From: a virus
Length of the DNA: 64,000 nucleotides
Reading direction: 5' to 3' (one strand)
IMG/VR virus record: IMGVR_UViG_3300030329_005082
Location: 96,001-160,000 of that record
Each line of letters begins with the position of its first letter. Positions within the stretch are counted from its first letter, which is position 1. Below, piece after piece: positions 58,526 through 64,000 of the stretch. The position numbers and the translations under genes are program-made. The notes under the pieces were generated by a model that saw only the letters and a program-made list of their open reading frames with translations, had not been told where the DNA came from and ran no database searches.

Positions 58526-60037
58526 TTAGCCAGCCTTGACTTCAAGCTTCATAAGCTCTTCAGCACCGGAGGTGTCGTAAGAAAAGATAAGATCAACATT
58601 ATCTGTACCGTCTACCAATTTAAGTGTACCACCGTTGGATCCGTCGCCTGCGAAAGCAAACTTAGCCTTGAAAGCATCAATGTTGCTTTGTACAGCAGAG
58701 TCACCAGCAGCACGATCAGCAGCCTCGCTAGCGATATTCACACCTAGTGCGGTATCAGCAGCGAGACGAGAAGCCTCAGCGGCAGCAACATCAGCAATAC
58801 GATCAACAAGCTCAGCATCAATAAGAGTATCAATGCTGTTATCCGCAGCCAAGCGTGATGACGCTTCAGCAGATAGAGCTGAACTACGTGCAGCAGATTC
58901 TGAAGCGAGATTCACAGAAATAGAAGCATCGGCAGATGCAGCTATTGACTTCTCTTGAGATACTGCGCCTTCACGATTACTAACTTCGTTAGCAAGCGAA
59001 TTGGCATAACCAGTATCTGCGGTTTCGCGAAGAACAATCTCAGCAGACAATGCAGCATTCTCAGAAGAAACTTCAGCAGCAAGGTTTGCATTGAGAGCAA
59101 CATCACCGGAAGCCATGCTAGAGGCTTCAGCAGTCAAAGCAGCACCGCGAGCAGTGACTTCAGCAGCAAGATTGTTACTTACAATTAGATCACCAGAAGC
59201 ATAAGCAGCTTCTTCACTAGCAACAGCCTCTTTACGAGAGCTAACCTCAGAAGATCTGAGAGCATCAAGTGCAGAATCAGCAGCCTCGTGAGCAACGACC
59301 TCAGAAGAGACGCCGGCTGAACGAAGGGCGATTTGAGTATTCAAGTCGCCTGTAATTGCTGTATCTACAGAAGCACGTGCAGCAGCCTCGGCAGCAACCA
59401 AGGTACCACGAGCAACAACAGCAGAAGAGATATCTTCTGACCGTGCCATGTCACCGGACAACTGAGAACTAGCCTCGGAAGAGAGAGCACTAGATCTTGC
59501 AGCGATTTGTGCTGTAATCCTTGTTTCCAAAGATGTATCAGCATTGCCACGCGCAAGAGCTTCAGCAGTAACAGCAGCACCACGTGCAGCAATTTCTACA
59601 TCTGCGCGAGAATCAACACTAGTATCAGCCGCGCCACGAGCAGCAGCTTCAGCAGCAACATCAGCAACACGCTCAGACTTGGCAGCACTAAGTGCAGCAG
59701 CCTCAACTACATCACCAGATTCACGAGCAGACAACTCTGAAGAGAGAGCTTGTGATCTTGCAGCCACTTCGGATGCGATATTCACTGAGATGAGGTTATC
59801 CCCTGCCAAGCGAGAGGAAGCCTCTGCGGCGATGGCAGCATCTTCTGCTACCAACTCATTGGAAAGGTTCCCCTCAATAACAACACGATGGCTTGCTTCA
59901 GCACTAAACTGGGCGTTTAGGGTACGATCAGCGCCACCTTCTGGGGTTGCAACTTTTAGAAATTCCGCCAACTCGTCGTGAGCAAGCATCTTCTTCTGAA
60001 GGACTAGGCCCTTTTTATCAGAAATATATGTAGCCAT
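58526..60037 (-). CDS. Ala-rich coiled-coil fibre-like protein, paralog 3 (503 aa)
   Basis: 29-aa period E-x-x-x-R-x-x-x-D repeats; shared GLVLQKKML N-terminus and beta-rich C-terminus; TAAGGAG SD. Confidence 0.8.
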   Translation of the reverse strand: MATYISDKKGLVLQKKMLAHDELAEFLKVATPEGGADRTLNAQFSAEASHRVVIEGNLSNELVAEDAAIAAEASSRLAGDNLISVNIASEVAARSQALSSELSARESGDVVEAAALSAAKSERVADVAAEAAARGAADTSVDSRADVEIAARGAAVTAEALARGNADTSLETRITAQIAARSSALSSEASSQLSGDMARSEDISSAVVARGTLVAAEAAARASVDTAITGDLNTQIALRSAGVSSEVVAHEAADSALDALRSSEVSSRKEAVASEEAAYASGDLIVSNNLAAEVTARGAALTAEASSMASGDVALNANLAAEVSSENAALSAEIVLRETADTGYANSLANEVSNREGAVSQEKSIAASADASISVNLASESAARSSALSAEASSRLAADNSIDTLIDAELVDRIADVAAAEASRLAADTALGVNIASEAADRAAGDSAVQSNIDAFKAKFAFAGDGSNGGTLKLVDGTDNVDLIFSYDTSGAEELMKLEVKAG

Positions 60038-60081
60038 TTTATTTTATCTCCTTATAAAATGTGTTTGTTTAAAAATGCTAA

Positions 60082-61581
60082 TTACGCACCCTTAAAGAGT
60101 TCTAGAAGTACAACACCAGAAACGGTGGTGAAGTTCATACGAACAACATCGGAACCATCAGTTAGAGTAAGGTTTGCACCGGCACCTGCGACATCGCCGC
60201 TGAAGCCGAACTTGGTGTCCAAGCTTGCAATTTCATTCATAATAACTGTATCAGCAGAAAGACGAGAAGAAGATTCAGAAGAAATCTCACCTTCTTTCAC
60301 TGTATCAGCAGACATACGACTAGAGACCTCTGTAGACAAGTCCGCAGAGCGACTAGAAACAGCGTTAGCAATCTTGGTATCAAGACTATTGTCCTTCTCC
60401 AAGCGTGTAGCCTCTTCAGCAATCACAAGAGCAGTACGTTCTGAGATTTCAGAAGAAATGCTAGAATCAAGAGCACTATCGCTAGCGGCTCTGATTGTTG
60501 CGATAGATGCAACAGCAACACCGCGTGCAGTCTCTTCACCGGTAACAGCAGTCATGATGCTATTATCAGCAGCAAGACGAGCATTACCTTCAGAAGTAGA
60601 ATCAGCAGCGCGAGCAGCTTCTTGTACATCAATAGCGTCAGAGATAGCCTGATCAGCAGCAACACGAGAAGAAGCCTCGGTTGATACGGCAGTGCTTCGT
60701 GCTGTTACTTCAGCAGCGATATTTGCACTGAGTGTAGAATCAGCGTTACCACGTGCAGTTGCCAAAGAGACAAACGCATCGCTAGCAACTGCATACTCTG
60801 TAGAAATTGCCTGAGATAAAACAAGATCCTTAGAAGCACGTGCGGCAGCTAAAGAAGTAATAGCAGCACCGCGGTTGCCAGCCTCTAGACCAATGTCTGA
60901 TGCCAAAGCATCATCAGCGGCAAGACGAGAAGAAGCCTCTGAAGACAAAGCTGCTTCACGAGCGGCGATTTCAACAACCAACGCTGAAGAAAGAGCCTTG
61001 TCGGCAGCAGATCTTGTAGCATCTTGTGCAGAATGAGCAGCAGCGCGAGCAACCGCTTCATCAGTAATTAATGTACCCAAAGAAGAGTCACCAGCCAAGC
61101 GAGAAGCTTCTTCGGCAGCGATCGCTACAACAGCAGCGGAGGCTTCAGAAGAAATTTTGCTAGACATAGCTGCATCATCTTTTATCATTTCGGACAACTC
61201 AGCAGATAGAGCAGAACTACGATCACCTGTTTCTGTTGTCAAATTTGCAGAAATACTATTATCTGCTGCGAGGCGAAGTGCCTCTTCGGCAAGAACAGCA
61301 GCTTCACGTGCTGCGATTTCGCTAGAAATATCACCGCTCAATACTGTATCGCCAGAAAGACGTGAACTGCGTTCAGCAGCCGCGGCTGAGGAACGAGAAG
61401 CAGCCTGAGTAACAATAGATGCACTGAGTCCGTCACGTTCGGTCTTTTCCATAGACAATTTTTCGTTGACAGTTTTGTCACCTGAAACCATTAGAAGAGC
61501 AGCTAGTTCATCGGATGCATCAAGCATCTCCTTTTGTAGGACTAAGCCATCTGCATCCCCGGCATTAATATATGTAGCCAT
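60082..61581 (-). CDS. Ala-rich coiled-coil fibre-like protein, paralog 2 (499 aa)
   Basis: Same architecture; TAAGGAGG SD. Confidence 0.8.
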   Translation of the reverse strand: MATYINAGDADGLVLQKEMLDASDELAALLMVSGDKTVNEKLSMEKTERDGLSASIVTQAASRSSAAAAERSSRLSGDTVLSGDISSEIAAREAAVLAEEALRLAADNSISANLTTETGDRSSALSAELSEMIKDDAAMSSKISSEASAAVVAIAAEEASRLAGDSSLGTLITDEAVARAAAHSAQDATRSAADKALSSALVVEIAAREAALSSEASSRLAADDALASDIGLEAGNRGAAITSLAAARASKDLVLSQAISTEYAVASDAFVSLATARGNADSTLSANIAAEVTARSTAVSTEASSRVAADQAISDAIDVQEAARAADSTSEGNARLAADNSIMTAVTGEETARGVAVASIATIRAASDSALDSSISSEISERTALVIAEEATRLEKDNSLDTKIANAVSSRSADLSTEVSSRMSADTVKEGEISSESSSRLSADTVIMNEIASLDTKFGFSGDVAGAGANLTLTDGSDVVRMNFTTVSGVVLLELFKGA

Positions 61582-61659
61582 TTTTTATTTCCTCCTTAGA
61601 AAATAAATTTGTATTCTAAACAACCAAATGATACAAAACCAATAAAGAGTTCTTAAGGT

Positions 61660-63168
61660 TTAGCTCAAGAACATCTTCACTAGAGTTGCATTGACCTTGA
61701 CAAACTGCGCCGTAACGCTGTTACCAGAAGCAGCATCGGTCATCAAAAGACTACCACCACCAGCACCATTGCCAGAGTAGGCAAGTCTATCAGTGAGGAC
61801 CTTAAGTTCAGAACTTCTAGCAGCATCACCAGCAGAGCGATCTGTAATAGCAGAAGCTAACACAGTGTCTAGAGAAGAATTTGCAGCCGCAGCAGCAGCC
61901 TCTTCAGCAAGAACAGCAGCTTTACGAGAGCTAACCTCGGAAGACAATGCACTTGATTCAGCGGCATCACCTGCGATACGAGCAGTGCTAGCATCAGCAA
62001 TATCAGATCCGCGATCAGAGATAGCATTGGTCAACTTGAGTGCAGCAGATGTATCACCAGCGGCGCGCAAAGCCTCTTCGGCGTCTATAGCAGCAATACG
62101 AGCAGAGACAGCAGTTGAAAGGTCTGCGGAAACTACAAGATCACCAGAAACACGAGAACTAGTCAAAGCAGTGTGATCTACAGCACGAGCAGCAGCTTCG
62201 TCATCAATCTCGCCCTGTAGAGCAAGATCTTCAGCGTTGCGTGCAGCAGCTTCAGCAGCAACAGCAACAACACGGGCAGAAACAGCAGTAGAGAGTGAGG
62301 TGCTATTAGCAGCATCACCAGCTTCGCGAGCAACGACTTCAGAAGAAATCTTAGCAACGCGATTAGCAACAGCAGCATCCTTGTCTGCGGTGAGTAATGT
62401 ATCAACACTACCACGAGCGGTGATTTCAGCAGCAATTGCAGCAGCATATGCAGCTTCTTCAGTATCTAGCGCAGCAGAAATTACTGCATCGCCAGACTCA
62501 CGCTGACTCAAACGAGTACTTAGATCAGTAGAACGATTTACTACTTCAGAAGAGAGAGTAGCAGCTAGGAGAGCATCACCAGAAACTCTAGCGTCGCTCA
62601 AAGAAGCCAAACCAGCATCTTCAGAAGACTTTTCAGATTCTAGAGCAGAATCAACAGCACTATCACCAGCAGCGCGAGCGTTAGAAGCTACGGTCATCAA
62701 AGATGCACGAGCGTCTTCAGCATCACTCATGTTTGTTGTGATGTTTACATCAGCAGCAGCACGAGCAGCAGCTTGAGCAGCGACAGCAGTATTCATTGCA
62801 GCCAATTCAGCAGCAATACCTGTAGAAAGAGCAGCATCACCAGCAACGCGAGCAGCTATTGCGTCAGTCATGTCAACCTCACGAGCAGCAACGCCAGTAG
62901 ATAGTGCTGCGCTTTGTGCGTCATCACCTGTACCACGAGCATTAATTGTTACTGTCATGTCAGATGCACGAGCAACAACTTCTGCACTTAGGGCTGTTGA
63001 AACAGCACCTCTTTGAATCATAGCTTCATCAAAAGCTTTGTTCAATTTTTTATCTAGGCCAGACTCTGGCTCGGAAACCATTAAAACCTCTGCAAGATCA
63101 GCGGATGAATCAAGCATTTTCTTTTGTAGGACTAAACCGGATTCGGATAGATTGGAAATATAAGGCAT
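61660..63168 (-). CDS. Ala-rich coiled-coil fibre-like protein, paralog 1 (502 aa)
   Basis: Same architecture; AAAGGAGG SD. Confidence 0.8.
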   Translation of the reverse strand: MPYISNLSESGLVLQKKMLDSSADLAEVLMVSEPESGLDKKLNKAFDEAMIQRGAVSTALSAEVVARASDMTVTINARGTGDDAQSAALSTGVAAREVDMTDAIAARVAGDAALSTGIAAELAAMNTAVAAQAAARAAADVNITTNMSDAEDARASLMTVASNARAAGDSAVDSALESEKSSEDAGLASLSDARVSGDALLAATLSSEVVNRSTDLSTRLSQRESGDAVISAALDTEEAAYAAAIAAEITARGSVDTLLTADKDAAVANRVAKISSEVVAREAGDAANSTSLSTAVSARVVAVAAEAAARNAEDLALQGEIDDEAAARAVDHTALTSSRVSGDLVVSADLSTAVSARIAAIDAEEALRAAGDTSAALKLTNAISDRGSDIADASTARIAGDAAESSALSSEVSSRKAAVLAEEAAAAAANSSLDTVLASAITDRSAGDAARSSELKVLTDRLAYSGNGAGGGSLLMTDAASGNSVTAQFVKVNATLVKMFLS

Positions 63169-63322
63169 TTTATATTTTCCTCCTTTTATGTGTTACGAAA
63201 CAAGTTTGAGACTGATAGACAACCTGGGCTAAAAAACCCTCTGTGTAACATTCTAAAACCTTCCTTTAAGTGAATACTTAAAAACCGTTTCACTGCCATC
63301 TGTATCTAGTATTATGAATAGA

Positions 63323-63328
63323 TAACTA
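63323..63328 (-). promoter_or_regulatory. Putative late-promoter box for the coiled-coil operon
   Basis: TAGTTA ~155 nt upstream of the ATG, downstream of the tRNA terminator. Confidence 0.35.
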
Positions 63329-63510
63329 AGCAGTAAAATGATTTATATTTTGTGAAACATTCTTTCGTACAACACGAAACACTTTATCAATTAGTCTTCA
63401 AAGTGACAAAAGGAAAAGGTTAAAGAACATTATGGCATTTAGATTTAGTTAGTCTTATCTAAGATGCCCCTTATAAACGCCCCCAGTCGCATTAAATTCA
63501 AACTTTTTAT

Positions 63511-63535
63511 AAAAAAAAGCTCCCTAAAAGGGAGC
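63511..63535 (-). terminator. Rho-independent terminator of the tRNA cluster
   Basis: GCTCCC-TTTTA-GGGAGC then T8. Confidence 0.9.
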
Positions 63536-63539
63536 CCTT

Positions 63540-63627
63540 TGGAGGAAGGAGAGGGATTCGAACCCTCGGTGGGTTGCCCCACACAGCATTTCCAATGCTG
63601 CACCATCGGCCTCTCGGTCATCCTTCC
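63540..63627 (-). tRNA. trnS: tRNA-Ser(GGA)
   Basis: GGAAGGA/TCCTTCC acceptor, CAGCA-TTGGAAA-TGCTG anticodon arm, long variable arm, TTCGAAT, encoded CCA. Confidence 0.93.
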
Positions 63628-63630
63628 ATA

Positions 63631-63660
63631 TATAAGCAGTTTAAAGACATGCTTAGGTCA
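63631..63660 (-). repeat. 30-nt tRNA-spacer element, copy 1 (H-type pseudoknot candidate)
   Basis: 27/30 identical to 63911-63940. Confidence 0.85.
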
Positions 63661-63680
63661 TACGCTAGAATCGCACTCTA

Positions 63681-63756
63681 TGGTGGAGAGTATCGGAGTC
63701 GAACCGATCACCCCCTGCGTGCAAAGCAGGCGCTCTACCAGATGAGCTAACTCCCC
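63681..63756 (-). tRNA. trnA: tRNA-Ala(TGC)
   Basis: 76 nt, G3:U70, CCTGC-TTTGCAC-GCAGG, encoded CCA. Confidence 0.95.
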
Positions 63757-63781
63757 ATTGATATAATTAGAAGGCAACAAA

Positions 63782-63901
63782 CTACTTTACTCTAAATCTA
63801 TGATCAATCCATGACTTTGTGTAATACATGATAGATAACCATACTGAAAACAGTAAACCATCAACATACCCAAGGCTATCCCAAATCTCTACGAGTTCCA
63901 T
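63782..63901 (-). CDS. 39-aa small membrane protein inside the tRNA cluster
   Basis: AGGAG-N5-ATG; MELVEIWDSLGYVDGLLFSVWLSIMYYTKSWIDHRFRVK*. Confidence 0.65.
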   Translation of the reverse strand: MELVEIWDSLGYVDGLLFSVWLSIMYYTKSWIDHRFRVK

Positions 63902-63910
63902 TTGTTCTCC

Positions 63911-63940
63911 TATAAGCAGTTTATAGACTTGCTTAGGTCT
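63911..63940 (-). repeat. 30-nt tRNA-spacer element, copy 2
   Basis: Starts 1 nt after the tRNA-Thr CCA and ends at the SD of the small ORF. Confidence 0.85.
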
Positions 63941-63941
63941 A

Positions 63942-64000
63942 TGGTGCCGGCTGTAGGGATCGAACCTACGGCCTTCGGGTTACAAATCCGATGCTCTCCC
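63942..64000 (-). tRNA. trnT: tRNA-Thr(TGT), 5' part beyond the window
   Basis: TT-TGT-AA loop, GTAGG-TTCGATC-CCTAC T arm, A-CCA end. Confidence 0.85.

Noticed and set aside
58635-62506. Plus-strand ORFs of 77-197 aa over the Ala-rich genes
   Set aside because: Antisense shadows of GCT/GCA/TCT-rich coding sequence; no SD, low-complexity products.
63464-63745. 93-aa plus-strand ORF
   Set aside because: Antisense to tRNA-Ser, tRNA-Ala and the terminator.
63631-63940. 30-nt repeats as a CRISPR array or att sites
   Set aside because: Only two copies, 280 bp apart, with a tRNA and an ORF between them; no integrase in the window.
1-64000. Stop-codon recoding, introns or inteins
   Set aside because: ORFs up to 3185 aa are open in the standard code and TAG, TGA and TAA all end genes; no split genes or intein motifs noticed.
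63540-64000. tRNA oddities (U73 in tRNA-Ser, A31-C39 mismatch in tRNA-Thr)
   Set aside because: Within the variation tolerated in phage tRNAs; seryl identity rests mainly on the long variable arm.

Overview
A 64-kb piece of a large dsDNA tailed phage genome (jumbo/huge-phage type, myovirus-like baseplate), in the standard genetic code and almost entirely on the minus strand. In transcription order (right to left): (1) a tRNA cluster (Thr, Ala, Ser) with a repeated 30-nt pseudoknot-like spacer and a 39-aa membrane ORF; (2) an insulated operon of three paralogous ~500-aa Ala-rich coiled-coil proteins; (3) a J-domain protein; (4) a divergent cassette of exported proteins: a trypsin-like lipoprotein protease opposite the only plus-strand operon, which ends in a MopE-repeat/vWA lipoprotein of myxobacterial style; (5) probable internal-head proteins, including a ligase-like + nuclease-like + HxGH nucleotidyltransferase fusion; (6) a complete tmRNA (tag ANDDFQLALAA); (7) PIN-PhoH, a zincin and a PD-(D/E)XK nuclease; (8) five glycosyltransferases and a methyltransferase; (9) a sigma-factor-like gene; (10) a ~32-kb baseplate/tail block with a 3185-aa virion protein; (11) RuvC, a HAD nucleotidase, a primase, and a >852-aa ORF missing from the track that runs off the left end. 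The main patterns not explained by the gene list are a recurring Q/S-L-x-x-I-I-x-E tag at N-termini and between domains (candidate head-packaging/cleavage signal), a strand-following TANTTA box that sits exactly 4 nt before ATG in four genes, the triplicated 29-residue-period coiled coils, and the tRNA-spacer pseudoknot. All family assignments come from motif recognition by eye, not database searches.
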